Source: an uncultured Holophagales bacterium
GTDB taxonomy: Bacteria > Acidobacteriota > Thermoanaerobaculia > Multivoradales > UBA5704
DNA length: 64,000 nt
Assembly (NCBI GenBank): GCA_963842525.1
Contig: CAWJGT010000011.1
Location: 128,001 to 192,000, forward strand
Direction of reading: 5' to 3'
Part shown: positions 20,333 through 39,789 of the stretch, piece after piece
Layout of the letters: every line of letters begins with the position of its first letter
Position numbering within the stretch: position 1 is the stretch's first letter
The notes under the pieces: model-generated
Databases searched by the model: none
What the model was told of the DNA's origin: nothing
What the model saw: the letters and a program-made list of their open reading frames with translations, nothing else
Position numbers and translations under genes: made by a program

Positions 20333-21559
20333 TCAATCCTCGAACACCCGCCTGGCCCAGTTGAAGATCGGCTTCTCCGCGAAGTCCCGGTGGTGCTTCG
20401 TCATGAAGTGGTCGATGTGGCCGAACTGCGGCTCGATCCGCACGGTCTTGTCCGTGGTGCCGGAGAACTTGGCGACCTGATCTCCGATGAAGCCTCCGAA
20501 CCCGCGCCCGCCGCCGATCACCAGCACCGCCCCCGTGTAGCTCCCGAGGTTCGAGGTGTAGTCGGTCTCGACCCCGGCGAGCGAGCAGGAGATGTCGCGC
20601 ACGAGGGGGATCGGCGAGTAGCTGTTGAACTGGCCGATCACGTTTTCGAAGATCCGCGGCTCGGAGGCGAAGAAGAGGCGGTCCTGGGCCAGGCTGCCGT
20701 TCATCTGGATGTAGTTCGGCACCGGCATGCTGATCGGCCCCGGCGAGGAGGTGCTGAGCAGGAGCACCATGACCTGGTGGCTGGTCAGCGTCGGCGGGAA
20801 CAGGGGGATCGGCGTCAAGCCGGTCGGGGAGAGCCGGGCCTGCTTCGCGACCTCCCGGAAGACGTTGGTCCCGACCCCGTCGTAGACCGCACCCGCGGCG
20901 ATCTGCGCCTCGAGAGCCGCGCAGTAGCCCTGGTTCAAGGCCAGCACCTGCGGGTCCTGGCTGTGGAGCATCCCCTCCCAGACGATGACGCCGTCGTAGT
21001 CGTTGGGATGGGCGTTGGCGGTCGCGACGGCGAGCATGCCGCCCAGCGAGGCGCCGCCGGCCACGATCTTCGTGCCCGGATGGAGCGTTTCGATCTGCGA
21101 GCGGATGAAGTCGATGTCGTCCACCATCGACGCGAGGTTCCAGGTCGCCATGATCGAGCAGTCGAGGAGCCCGGCCTCGCAGGTCCCCGCCGGCAGACCC
21201 TCCATGCGGGGCGCATAGCCGTAGACGTCGAAGCCGCGCTGGGCAAAGTACTCGGTCATCGCGCTGCCCACGCCGCCGTTCTCATCCCGCTGCTCGTAGA
21301 ACGGATAGGTGGGGCCGAGCGGCGGCAGGAGGAGGATCGAGCCGCGCAGCGAGGAGTGGTGGCCGTCCTTGACCAGACGGACCATGCGGAACCGGTCCAG
21401 GGGATGGGGCCCGGCACTGATGTTGTACTCGGTGCGCACCAGATTGCCGATCCGGCTCTCGGTCGTGCCGACGACCTGATAGGGACCGGAAGCGGACGCC
21501 TGCGCGGCAATCATCAGGCCGAGGGCTGCCGCGAGGACGACGTTGAAGCGTTTGTTCAT
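20333..21559 (-). CDS. Secreted alpha/beta hydrolase
   Basis: Signal peptide; nucleophile elbow 'GASLGG'; C-terminal 'FGHID'. Confidence 0.8.
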   Translation of the reverse strand: MNKRFNVVLAAALGLMIAAQASASGPYQVVGTTESRIGNLVRTEYNISAGPHPLDRFRMVRLVKDGHHSSLRGSILLLPPLGPTYPFYEQRDENGGVGSAMTEYFAQRGFDVYGYAPRMEGLPAGTCEAGLLDCSIMATWNLASMVDDIDFIRSQIETLHPGTKIVAGGASLGGMLAVATANAHPNDYDGVIVWEGMLHSQDPQVLALNQGYCAALEAQIAAGAVYDGVGTNVFREVAKQARLSPTGLTPIPLFPPTLTSHQVMVLLLSTSSPGPISMPVPNYIQMNGSLAQDRLFFASEPRIFENVIGQFNSYSPIPLVRDISCSLAGVETDYTSNLGSYTGAVLVIGGGRGFGGFIGDQVAKFSGTTDKTVRIEPQFGHIDHFMTKHHRDFAEKPIFNWARRVFED

Positions 21560-21630
21560 GTAAGACCTCCTGAGGGAAGCGGTGGGATGGGACTACATCC
21601 CTACTGAACGAGGTGCCTGCCGGCATCTCC

Positions 21631-22116
21631 TCAGAGCCGCCACCAGTCGAAGCTCTGGCTCTCGGGGTCCCAGTAGATGTGGAAGGAGTCGCAGCGGTCG
21701 TCGTAGAGGGTGACGCCCTTGCCCGCCTTCACCTTGGGGGGGCGGTCCTCTTCGGGGAGATCCTCCAGCCGGATCTTCGCATGGCGCGAGCAGAGGGAGT
21801 CCTGGCTTCCCGGCTTCCAGGGGAACTCCAGGGTCCAGTGACGGCTCCGGGGTCCCACCGGACCCTGGACGAAGCCGACCACGAAGCCCTCCTTGCGGGT
21901 GCCGGCCACGGCGAAGTCGTCGACGCCGTCCTGGTCGAGGTCGGAGCGCAGCGCGCTCTTCGCGTCCCAGGTCGTCCCCGGCTCGCGGACGCGGAGCACG
22001 TCCAGCGCCGTCCGCGGAGACCGCCCCGCGGTGCCGGGTGGAGGGGAGGTGCCGGCGCAGGCGAGGAGGCCCAGCGGCGCGAGCGTCAGGAGGGTGAGCC
22101 GGATGGCGGTCTTCAT
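21631..22116 (-). CDS. Putative lipoprotein
   Basis: Lipobox 'LLAC'; 'DLDQDGVDD' motif. Confidence 0.65.
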   Translation of the reverse strand: MKTAIRLTLLTLAPLGLLACAGTSPPPGTAGRSPRTALDVLRVREPGTTWDAKSALRSDLDQDGVDDFAVAGTRKEGFVVGFVQGPVGPRSRHWTLEFPWKPGSQDSLCSRHAKIRLEDLPEEDRPPKVKAGKGVTLYDDRCDSFHIYWDPESQSFDWWRL

Positions 22117-22131
22117 AAGGAGGTCGTCGGG

Positions 22132-23317
22132 TCAATACCGCGGCACCGCCGGATCGACGTCCGTGCTCCACGCGTCGATGCCGCCGTGCAGGTTGATGGC
22201 GCGCGAAAAGCCCATCCCGCGCAGGAGCTGGACGGCGCGGGCGGAGCGGGCGCCGTGGTGGCAGTGGGCCACGATCGTCGCCGCCGGGTCGAGCTCGCCG
22301 AGCCGGTCCTGGAGCTCGTGGAGGGGGATCAGGACCGAGCCGGGGAGGCGCGCGATGTCGTACTCCGGCGGATTGCGCACGTCGAGGACCGTGATCTGCT
22401 CGCCCCGGTCCAGCCGGTCCTTGAGCTCGACAGCCGTCATCTCCCAATCCATGTCTTCTCCCGTGGTCGGCGGCCTCCGGGCCGATGCCGCAGAACTGCT
22501 GGTAGTCGATCAGCTCGCGCTGCGTCGGATTCTCCGAGCAGATCGGGCAACGCGGGTCCTTCTTCAGCTTCAGCTCGCGGAACTTCATTTTCAATGCATC
22601 GAAGAGCACCAGCCGGCCGATGAGCGGATCGCCGATGCCGACGATCAGCTTGATCACCTCGTTGGCCTGGAGCGAGCCGATGATGCCGGGCAGCACCCCG
22701 AGCACGCCGCCCTCGGCGCACGAGGGGACCAGCCCCGGCGGCGGCGGCTCCGGGAAGAGGCAGCGGTAGCAGGGTCCCTTGGCGCCCCAGAAGATCGAGG
22801 CCTGACCCTCGAAGCGGAAGATCGAGCCGTAGACGTTCGGCTTGCCGAGGAGCACGCAGGCGTCGTTGACCAGATAGCGCGTCGGGAAGTTGTCCGTGCC
22901 GTCGACGATGACGTCGTAGTCCCGGAAGAGCTCCAGGGCGTTGCTCGAATCGAGGCGCGTTTCGTGCGGCTCGATCCGGATGTGCGGGTTGACGTCGCGC
23001 AGGCGCTCGGTTGCGGCCTGGATCTTGGGCCGGCCGACGCTCGAACGGCCAAAGAGCACCTGCCGGTGGAGGTTGCTCTCGTCCACCACGTCGAAGTCGA
23101 CGAGGCCGAGGGTGCCCACCCCGGCGGCGGCCAGGTAGAGGCCGAGCGGCGAGCCGAGGCCGCCGGCGCCGATGGTCAGCACGCGCGCCGCCTTGAGCTT
23201 GCGCTGGCCGGCCGTCCCCACCTCCGGCATGATCAGGTGGCGGCTGTAGTGGCGGATCTCGGCCGGCGTCAGCTCCGGCAGAGTCGTCGTGGCAGGGCTC
23301 TCGCGCAGCAGGGTCAT
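22132..23317 (-). CDS. moeB: MoeZ/MoeB adenylyltransferase-rhodanese fusion, frameshift near 22460
   Basis: 'RHYSRHLIMPEVG', 'GAGGLGS', 'CYRCLFP', CxxC; rhodanese 'HCHHGARS..LHGGIDAW' in ORF 22132-22452. Confidence 0.9.
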
Positions 23318-23595
23318 ACCGCACCTCCGGCGATCGACGGAATGATGAACAGCGCGTCCCCGGATGCGACCGGGGTCGCCTGGCTCTGCAGGTGGCGCAC
23401 GTCTTCCTCGTTGAGGAAGATGTTGACGAAGCTCCGCAGGGCCCCGTCATCCGTGTAGAGGTGGCGCCGCAGCGCGGGATATTTCTGCGTCAGGTTGGCC
23501 AGGGCCTCTCCCACGGTCCCGCCGTCCACCTCGACTTCGCCCTGCTCGTCGGTGAAACGGCGCAGCGGCGTCGGGATCTGGATCGTCACACCCAT
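23314..23595 (-). CDS. cysO: MoaD/ThiS-family sulfur carrier (CysO-like)
   Basis: 'MGVTIQIPTPLRRFT..FVNIFLNEEDVRHL..IIPSIAGGAV'; lies between mec and moeZ. Confidence 0.85.
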   Translation of the reverse strand: MGVTIQIPTPLRRFTDEQGEVEVDGGTVGEALANLTQKYPALRRHLYTDDGALRSFVNIFLNEEDVRHLQSQATPVASGDALFIIPSIAGGAV

Positions 23596-24077
23596 CAGAC
23601 AGCCTCCTTCTTCTGCACCCCTGGGCTCCCGGCCGGCGGCGACGCACCGATCGCGGCCTGGTCGATGGCCTCCTCCTCGAACGCGGCGCGGTCGTCGCCA
23701 AGGCGCCAGCTCCGGGCGTCGACGACCTTGCCCTTCTCGACCGAGACGATCAGGTAGGAGAGGCCTGGCCAGGCGTGCTCGCGGTCGAAATCGCTCGGGC
23801 GCGCCGGGTGGTCCGGGTGGGAGTGATAGTAGCCCAGGACGTCCAGGCCGAGCGCGCTCGCCTCCTTGTGCGCCGCCAGGATCGTCTCCGGGCTGATCAG
23901 ATAGCGGTTGTGCCTGCTGTCCTGCCGTTCGTTGCCCACCGAGAGGACCCGCTCGACGAAGATGGACCCGCCATTGGGCCTGCCGATCAGAACGCCGCAA
24001 CACTCGTCCGGATAGCTCATGGCAGCATGGCGTTCGATGGTGTGCAGGTGACGGGGCGAGATGAAAAGACGGCTCAT
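23595..24077 (-). CDS. mec: JAMM/M67 metallopeptidase (Mec-like)
   Basis: 'YPDECCG', 'YHSHPDHPARPSDFD' JAMM motif. Confidence 0.9.
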   Translation of the reverse strand: MSRLFISPRHLHTIERHAAMSYPDECCGVLIGRPNGGSIFVERVLSVGNERQDSRHNRYLISPETILAAHKEASALGLDVLGYYHSHPDHPARPSDFDREHAWPGLSYLIVSVEKGKVVDARSWRLGDDRAAFEEEAIDQAAIGASPPAGSPGVQKKEAV

Positions 24078-25033
24078 GCGTTCCCTTCTTCCCAGAAACG
24101 TTCGGACAGGTACTTGTCCGCGTTGTCACAGAGGACCGTGACGACCGCGCCGGACTGCAATTCCGAGGCCACTTGGAGGGCTGCGACGACGTTGGCCCCG
24201 GACGAGACACCCACCAGCAGGCCGGCCTCGCGGGCCAGCCTCTTGACCATAACGTAGGCGCTCTCGGTCGAGATTTCCCGCGCCTCGTCCGCCAGGCCCG
24301 GATCGTAGATCGGCGGCACGATCGCGGAGGCCATGTGCTTCATCCCCTCCAGGCCGTGGAAGGGCGAGTCGGGCTCGAACGAGACCAGCCGCACCCCTGG
24401 ATGGCGTTCGCGCAAAAAGCGTCCCACGCCCATGAAAGTGCCGCTGGTGCCGAGCCCCGTGACGAAATGGGTGACGGCGCCGCCGGTCTGCGCCCAGATC
24501 TCCGGCCCGGTCGTGCGGTAGTGCGCCCGCCAGTTCTCCGGATTGCTGTACTGGTCGAGATAGGCCCAGCGGTCCGGCTCCTCGGCCACCAGCCGGCGGG
24601 CTTCGAGGATCGCGCCGTCGCTCCCCGCCAGCGGATCGGTCAGCCGCAGCTCGGCGCCATAAGCGTGGAGGATCCGCTTGCGCTCGACGCTCGCGCTGTC
24701 CGGCAGGCAGAGGGTCACCGGGATGCCGCGCGCTGCCCCGATCATGGCGTAGGCGATGCCGGTGTTGCCCGAGGTCGCATCCAGCAGCCGCCGGCCCTGG
24801 CGGAAGAACCCGCGCCGTTCGGCCTCCTCGATCATGGCCAGCGCCGGCCGGTCCTTGACCGATCCCCCGGGGTTGGCGTACTCCGCCTTGGCATAGAGCC
24901 GCACCCCGGCCCGCCCCGTCAGCTCCGACAGGTCGATCATCGGCGTGTTGCCGATCAGCTCCAGCAGCCGGACCGGCCGGGCCTCCAGGGGCTGCGGAGC
25001 GGCGAAGGTGAGCGCTTCCCTCATCGTCGACAC
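24074..25033 (-). CDS. cysM: PLP-dependent cysteine synthase
   Basis: 'IGNTP', 'NPGGSVKDR', 'TSGNTG', 'GLGTSGT'. Confidence 0.9.
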   Translation of the reverse strand: MSTMREALTFAAPQPLEARPVRLLELIGNTPMIDLSELTGRAGVRLYAKAEYANPGGSVKDRPALAMIEEAERRGFFRQGRRLLDATSGNTGIAYAMIGAARGIPVTLCLPDSASVERKRILHAYGAELRLTDPLAGSDGAILEARRLVAEEPDRWAYLDQYSNPENWRAHYRTTGPEIWAQTGGAVTHFVTGLGTSGTFMGVGRFLRERHPGVRLVSFEPDSPFHGLEGMKHMASAIVPPIYDPGLADEAREISTESAYVMVKRLAREAGLLVGVSSGANVVAALQVASELQSGAVVTVLCDNADKYLSERFWEEGNA

Positions 25034-25179
25034 CCGTCGGGGACGCTAGCAGAGCCCCCTCACCGTGTAAAGGTGACCAATGTCCTTACTTTGGACCTCT
25101 GTGGCCCCGCGTCATCCCGCACCGGCTTGGCAGGCAGATGGCACATCCTCCTCCGTGATACGGCGGACCTGTGGCGTTT

Positions 25180-25435
25180 GGCGGTCGACCTGCGGGTTGT
25201 CCAGGTGGACCCGCGGGTCCACCCGCGTGCCCCGCAGGTTGACCACCATGACCTGCGGGTCAAGCCGTGCGCCCCGCAGGTCGACCACCCTGACCCGCAG
25301 GTCAACCCGCGTACTCCACAGGTCAACTGCCCTGACCCGCAGGTCCACCCATGCACGCGGCAGGTCGAGTGCCCTGACCCGCGGGTCGACTTGCGTGCTT
25401 CGCAGGTCGACCGCCATACCTCGCAGGTCAGTCAG
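25180..25435. repeat. Degenerate 21-bp tandem array (about 12 units, GCAGGTCRAC core)
   Basis: GCAGGTC/GCGGGTC recurs every 21 nt; alternate units end TGACCC. Confidence 0.85.
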
Positions 25436-25436
25436 C

Positions 25437-28610
<3,174 letters not shown>

Positions 28611-28611
<1 letters not shown>

Positions 28612-28850
28612 GGAATAAGCCGGAATTGGAGTCGGAATTGGAGTTCAATTGGAGTCGAATTGGAGTTGGCCATGGGCTCGTCGTAACTCATTGACCTGTA
28701 AGGATTCAGTCTCGATCGACCTTGGCGCGGGCATGGAATGAGCCGGAATAAGCCGGGAATTGGAGTCTAATTGGAGGTCCAATTGGAGCCCAGTCCGTCC
28801 CACAGTAACTCATTGACGCTTAAGCATCCAGTACGAACCGCGGCCATGCC
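28611..28850. repeat. Two-unit imperfect direct repeat containing AATTGGAG microrepeats
   Basis: Each unit: GGAATAAGCCGG, 3-4 x AATTGGAG, GTAACTCATTGAC..TAAG. Confidence 0.7.
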
Positions 28851-28886
28851 CCTGCGACCGAATCAACTCCAATTGCTTGAGCAGGT

Positions 28887-29257
28887 TCAGGTCTTCCTTG
28901 ACCTCCCACTCTGCGGGCGATACGCCTGCCCTCGATAGCTGTACGGGCCGTTCTGCCCGGTGGCCACGCTGACAACTAGCACCTCCCGCCCGTTGCCAAG
29001 GTCCACCCGATCGATGGTTGGAAACACGGGCGGGTCAATGGCGTACAGTTCCTGCGCCACCTCCTCGATCGTGTGGTCGCTGACCTGCTGGCCGAGAGCC
29101 CGGCCACTGGGCTCGACACCAAAAAGCACCCGCCCACCCCGGTGGTTGAGCATCGCACACAGCGTGCGCGCGGCTTCCCGGCGTTCTCCGGTCGTGCGCT
29201 TGAGCTCGAGCGTCTCGGACTCACCGGCAGCCGCCCACGTGGTGATCTGCTCGCAGG

Positions 29258-29261
<4 letters not shown>
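28887..29261 (-). pseudogene. AlbA_2/Schlafen-domain protein, probably truncated
   Basis: 'GESETLELK..LCAMLNHRGGRVLFGV..PYSYRGQAY'; no downstream ATPase/HTH part. Confidence 0.7.
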
Positions 29262-30541
<1,280 letters not shown>

Positions 30542-30582
30542 ACCCAAGCTCCTTCGGGTTGGAGGCAATGGACCGCAACGGC

Positions 30583-30651
30583 AATTGGTCAGAAGGCTGC
30601 TGCCCAATTGGGCAGGCGGGACACATTTGGTCAGCAGCCTGCTGACCAATT
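30583..30651. repeat. Inverted doublet of a 27-bp palindromic unit
   Basis: AATTGGTCAGAAGGCTGCTGCCCAATT and ATTTGGTCAGCAGCCTGCTGACCAATT are near reverse complements. Confidence 0.7.
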
Positions 30652-30669
30652 ACACCGATGGGCCACCTC

Positions 30670-32282
<1,613 letters not shown>

Positions 32283-32286
<4 letters not shown>

Positions 32287-32636
32287 GCGTGTCTCGTTGC
32301 CTGGTTCGAGCCGTCTTGGGTTTTGCCGGTCTCGCCTCGGCTACTCGCGGGAGATGGGCCGGGGGGGAGGGCGCGACCCGGCCCGGTCAGCCGCTCGATG
32401 AGGAGCGCCTTCTCGCGGCCCGAGTCGTCGAGACCGAGGGCGCGGCAGATCTCCTTGAGCCGTGTACGGGGAAGCGTGCCGAGAACCTCGGCCAGCGGAG
32501 CCTTGCGGGAGCCGGCGAGGGCTTCGACGAGCTCTCCGCGCACCCGGCGGTCGCGGACCTCCAGGCCGACCTGATCGACGGCGGCCAGGAGCTCATCCCG
32601 CTTCAACTGATCCAGAATCTCGCGCTTCGAAGGCAT
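32283..32636 (-). CDS. Small SAP-like helical domain protein, possibly the N-terminal extension of HsdM
   Basis: 'LKEICRALGLDDSGREKALLIERL'; abuts the hsdM start. Confidence 0.55.
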
Positions 32637-32775
32637 AAACCTCCCAGGAGGTCCGGCTGCGGCCGGCCCCGACATCGCCCATCATAGGCTTCAGGACAGG
32701 TGACACAGGGACAATTGTGGCAGGGACAGATGTGGCGGGGATAACCATGGCAGGGACAGGCGTGGTCGGGGATGT

Positions 32776-33025
32776 TGTAGGGGAACCTTGTGGTTGCCCA
32801 CGATCTCGCCCACGGCAGCCGATTCGCATCTTTCCACGGTCGCGGCAGGCGGGGCAAGGGCAACCACAAGGGTTGCCCCTACAGGCGCCCTGTTTGGACA
32901 GCGCCGGCGGTTCCATGCCCGCGGTTGCCTGTTCGGATCGCCCCGTCGGCCTCATATCCGCAACCGCCCGTTCCGGCGATCCCATATCCACGGATGTTGT
33001 AGGGGCAACCCTTGTGGTTGCCACG
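32776..33025. repeat. GTAG-type REP cluster (GTAGGGGCAACCCTTGTGGTTGCC)
   Basis: Copies at about 32777 (+), 32857-32883 (-) and 32999 (+); related copy inside hsdM at 30900-30924; degenerate copies near 33483 and 33765. Confidence 0.75.
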
Positions 33026-34433
33026 GTCTCGCCACGGCGGCCGATTCCACTATCTCTCCTCCATCACCCACAGCTCCGCCCCGGTCTGCGGCTGAAAACC
33101 GCCGAAGTAAGAGGCGGTCTCCCACGGCAAAGAAGAAGTCGCAGGTGAGGTTTTCGAGCTGCTGCACATCCCCGGCGAAGAAGACGGCACGGGGTCGACT
33201 GCATGGCCACTCCCGGCGGCGTGAGGCGCAAGATCTCCGCTGCTGTGCCATCGCCCGCCCTGTCCATCGTTCCAATTCTGAGACCCACCCTCTGGATTCA
33301 GGGTCTCAAAAATGAGACGCACGGCGAAAGTGTTCAATTGTAAACCTTTGAATATCATTGCCTTAGGAATTTTCGGACGCCTGGAATGGTTCCTCTCCAC
33401 GTTGCCTGTTCGGACACCCCCCGGCAGTTCGATGTCCGCAGCCACCTGTCCGGATCGCCCCGTCGCCCCTGTCCTCGGCGGTGTAGGGCCAACCCTAGTG
33501 GTGCACCCGGTATGCGCCACGGCGACCGATTGCTCTGCCGACGGTCGCGGCAGGCGGGCAAGGGTAACTGCGAGGGTGCCCCTGGAGGCGACTGTTCGAT
33601 GCGCCGACGGTCCACGCCGCGGTTGCCCGTCTGTACACCAGCGGCTGGCCCGCGTCCGCGGTTGCTTGATGGGGATCGTCACCGATGACCGTCCATTACT
33701 CCGGCGGCCGCCCTGTCGGCGGCCCCGTGACAGGCGGCCATGGAACCGATATTTTGTGTCCATCGGGCAACCTCTAGTGCTTGCCCCGCGATCTTCCTGG
33801 AAGGCCGGCGGCCTCAATAACAACGATCAATGGACGTGGGCGGCAACGACACCTCATACGGCCAATCGACGGCAGGAAACCTGTCCGGCGGCAACGCAAC
33901 GCCACTCTCGCCGGGACATCCGTCAGCGCATCTTCGACGGCGGTCGCCGACGCACCACCCGGACAGGCGGTGGCACGATCCTCTCCGGACGGTGAGGAGC
34001 AATGACACCCCGGCTCGGCGAATAATGGACGGCGGCTCCAGACGAAGGCGGCGATGGCCATTTCTGTGAACCTGACGGTGGTACGGCGTCGGACGGCGAT
34101 TCGTACACCGTGCGGCTTGACCGGCGCCGCATTCGCCGATGTCCTCACGGGCAACACGGGCGGCAACACATGCTCGGAGGCAATGGTAACGATTTCCTGA
34201 CGGCGCCGGGGGAACCGACACCTGCGACGGCGGCAGCGGCTGCGACTGGTGCGAGAACTGCTCGACGATGATCTCGTGCGAGAACTCCAGCGCTGGTTGC
34301 TACCCGGGTGGCAAGCCGCCCGTCGATCCCATCCCGCCTCCGCCGATTTGACCTGGCATGTAGCGGGCGTCCCACCAGGGGCGCCCGTTGTCTTTCCCTT
34401 ATTTCTCCTCCATCACCCCTCTTCCAGGACGCG

Positions 34434-36707
<2,274 letters not shown>

Positions 36708-36751
36708 AGGACTGCCCTCCGGAAAGCACGCAAGTCTAGCAGAGACAGAAG

Positions 36752-36778
36752 CTCCCCCGCGATCTGATCGCGGGGGAG
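36752..36778 (-). terminator. Perfect 13-bp inverted repeat, probable terminator/stability hairpin
   Basis: CTCCCCCGCGATC-T-GATCGCGGGGGAG just downstream of the 36806 stop. Confidence 0.55.
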
Positions 36779-36805
36779 GTTTCCACGCCTCGATTGCGAG
36801 AAGGC

Positions 36806-39669
36806 TCAGCCCGCCGACGCTGCAAGGACCGTCGCCGCGTCGCTCTTGCCGTCCTTTTCGTCGCCGTCGAGGATGCCATCCTCGTCGCGGTCGATGCCGA
36901 TGCGCACCCCCGAGCCCGGCGGGGTGCAGGTATAGGTCAGCTCACCGCCTTTCTGCGCGGCGCGTTGCCGCAGGCTGGCATCGGTGACCGGCGCGTCGCA
37001 GCTCCGGTTGCCGAGGAAACGGCCCGAGCCCACGTCGTAGAGATAGCCTCTTTCGCCGTGGTTGCTCCCGCCTTTGACCACCAGATCGCATTCTCCCGCC
37101 TGGGCGCGGTCGATCAGGAGGTCGATCCGCGGCCCGGCCACGGCTGCGTTGCCTTGCGCGAGCGTCGTCTGCTGCCCGACGATGGGTGCCAGGTTGCTGT
37201 CGAAGGCGAGCTGGAAGTCCTCGACCTGCCGTTTCTGGAGCTCGCCGGCCGGCCCGGGCAGGAACCCGCCGGGAGTCGTCGGCGACTGGTTGAAGCCCGC
37301 TCCGTCGGTGGTGATGCTGATGAAATCGAACATCGTCGGGATGGCCCCGTCGTGATTGAAGCCGAAGCCGCGGACCTGGTCGCCCAGGAAGGCGTCGCTG
37401 GTGGGGATGGTCGGGCTGCTCGGCATTCCGAACATGCCGACCTTCTGGTAGGCGTTGCGGAGGTGCGGTGTTTTGAATCCTTCCGTCCCGCCATCGAAGG
37501 TGTAGCGGCCGTCGGTACCGAAGAAGCCTGGAGCGGCCACTCCTTGCGCCGCGTTCGCGTTGCGATCGGTCACATGGCAGGAAGCGCAGGTGCCCAGGTT
37601 GGTGAAGTCGGAAATGTTGTTCATGAAGAAGTCGCGCCCGACCTGCTGGTCCGGGGTGAGCTGGTTGTTGAGCTTCCGGACCGGGTTGGGTGGATACGTG
37701 ACCTGAAGGATGAAGGCGGCGAACGCATCCATGTCCTCGTCGTCGATCGGCCTGTCGCGCCCCAGGAGGCTGGGGAAGGCTCCCTTGAACTTCTTGAATC
37801 CCGCGACCTCATCGAACGTGCCGCTGTCCGGCTGTGCGCTCGGGTTGTCGTTGCCGCCGGTGCGGTCGCCGCGCCAGTGCATCGGCCCGTGGTTCGCCAT
37901 GCCGCGCAGGCTCTGCGTGGTCATCGGTCCCTTCATGGGGTGAAAAGCTGTCCGGCAGCCCGAACGCCGAAGGGGGCACCTCGAACGGCCCCGGCGTGGG
38001 GTCCACCGAGCCGTCCGGGTTGCCGAGGTCCCAGGCCAGGCTGTCGAAGTCACCGTAGACATGGCAACTGGCGCAGGACGAATCCCCGTGGCTCGAAGAG
38101 AGCGACGTGTCGTAGAGGAACCGGACGCCCGGCGACCACGCTCGGCGGCTCGGGATTGTGCATGGGGACGTGCCCGATCTCCGCGCCCGAGACCGTATCG
38201 ATGACCGCGATCGAGTTGTCGAAGCGGGTCAGCGTGTAGAGCCGGTTCTTTTCTTCGTGGAGCACCAGGCCGATCAGGCCGCCGCCGGACACCTTGATTT
38301 GATCGGCGGTGCTCGGCGTGAACGTATTGTTTTCCAGGGCGTTGGTATCGAAGACACCGATCTTGGACGTGCCGAGCGTCGCGACGTACAGGGTGCTGCC
38401 GTCGCTCGTGACCGCCATCTGCTGCGGGAGAGCGAGGGTCTTGTCGTTCTCGGCGTTCGGGATCGCGTCGCAGCAGGCGGCGTAGTTGATGTGTTTGTTG
38501 AGATGCCGCGGAGCGACGCTTCCCGCCGCGCCGAGGACGGTGATCCTGCTTTCGTGGAGGCGGCCTCGAATGCTGTGACCGGCGAAGGTGCCGGGCCCTT
38601 CGAAGCGTTTTTCGTTCCCCGCCTCGGTGTTCGAGACGTAAACCTTCCCATTCACCGGATTCACCACCATGTTGTAGAGGATGGTGCCGACGCCCCGGTA
38701 GTAGCCGGCGTTTCCGTCGAGCTGCGCCGGCGGATTGGCGTTCGCGTTGATGACGAAGACGTCCTTGTCGGGCAGGGAGAACCGGACTTTGTCATCCCAG
38801 ACCCGGTTGAGCTCATCGACCCAGTGGGTGCCGTTGAACCTGACGACCAGCCCCACCTCCGGCTGCGGAACGCCGTCGGCATCGGTGTTGGGCTCGGGCA
38901 GGCCCCCGGCGGCTTGCCCGCCGTTCGGGACGAAAAACTCGTGGACGGTCGTGGTGCGGTTTCCGGAGTGGAACGCCGCCGCATAGACCTTGCTGCCGTC
39001 CGGGCTCACCGCCAGGGCGCGCGGCGTGTCGCTGAACAGAGTGATGATGGTGAGCGGCGTTCCCGTGAGCGTGCCGCCGAGATTCTCTGCATTGAAGACC
39101 CAGACGTCCGCCCGGCCCACGCCGGGAGTGGTGAGCTGGGGATCGTACGGGACGTTCTGGCCGCGGTGGGCGGTGGTGATGAAGGCGCGCTTCTTCCCCG
39201 GCCCGCCGAAGACGATGTCGCGCGGCTCATCCCCCACGAGCAGGGTGCGCACGACGCGGCCGCTGTTCCCGCCCTGGGTCAGCTCGACCACGCTGACGCT
39301 GTCGGAGAGGTGGTTGACGACCCAGATCTCGTTGTCGCTGCGCGCCGCGACGGCCACCGGTTCGAGGCCGACAGGAATGGAGGCGCGATGCTCCAGGCCG
39401 TGGTTCTTGATGCGAAAGACTTCGAGACGGTTGTCCGGTGTATTGGCCGCGAAAAGGAGCTTCCCGCTCGGTGACAGCGCCAGAGGGCGGACCTGGCCGC
39501 TCTCGAAGAGCGTGAAGCGCCCCGATCCGGCCTTGGCCGGCTTGAAGTCGGCCAGGCGGGCTCCAGCCCCCGCGGCCCCCGCAGTCGCCGCGGCGACAAG
39601 ACAGGCGAGGACGGATAACGGGACCATCAGAGACAAGACAGAACGGCGTGCGAGGTACGGCATGGCCAT
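36806..39669 (-). CDS. Secreted YncE/YVTN beta-propeller fused to di-haem cytochrome c peroxidase-like domain, frameshift near 38125
   Basis: '[13 protein letters not shown]', 'VGLEPVAV', '[11 protein letters not shown]'; CASCH at the frameshift and 'TCASCH'; '[11 protein letters not shown]', 'FKTPHLRN'. Confidence 0.75.
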
Positions 39670-39789
39670 AGAACCTCCTAACAGGCATTGCATCCGCTGC
39701 ACCCCTCAGACCCTGAGGGAGAAGGGCAACGCATTGTCCAAATCTCTGAACGCCTGGAATTCCGATTCCCCTCACTCTGTCTGAAAGGT

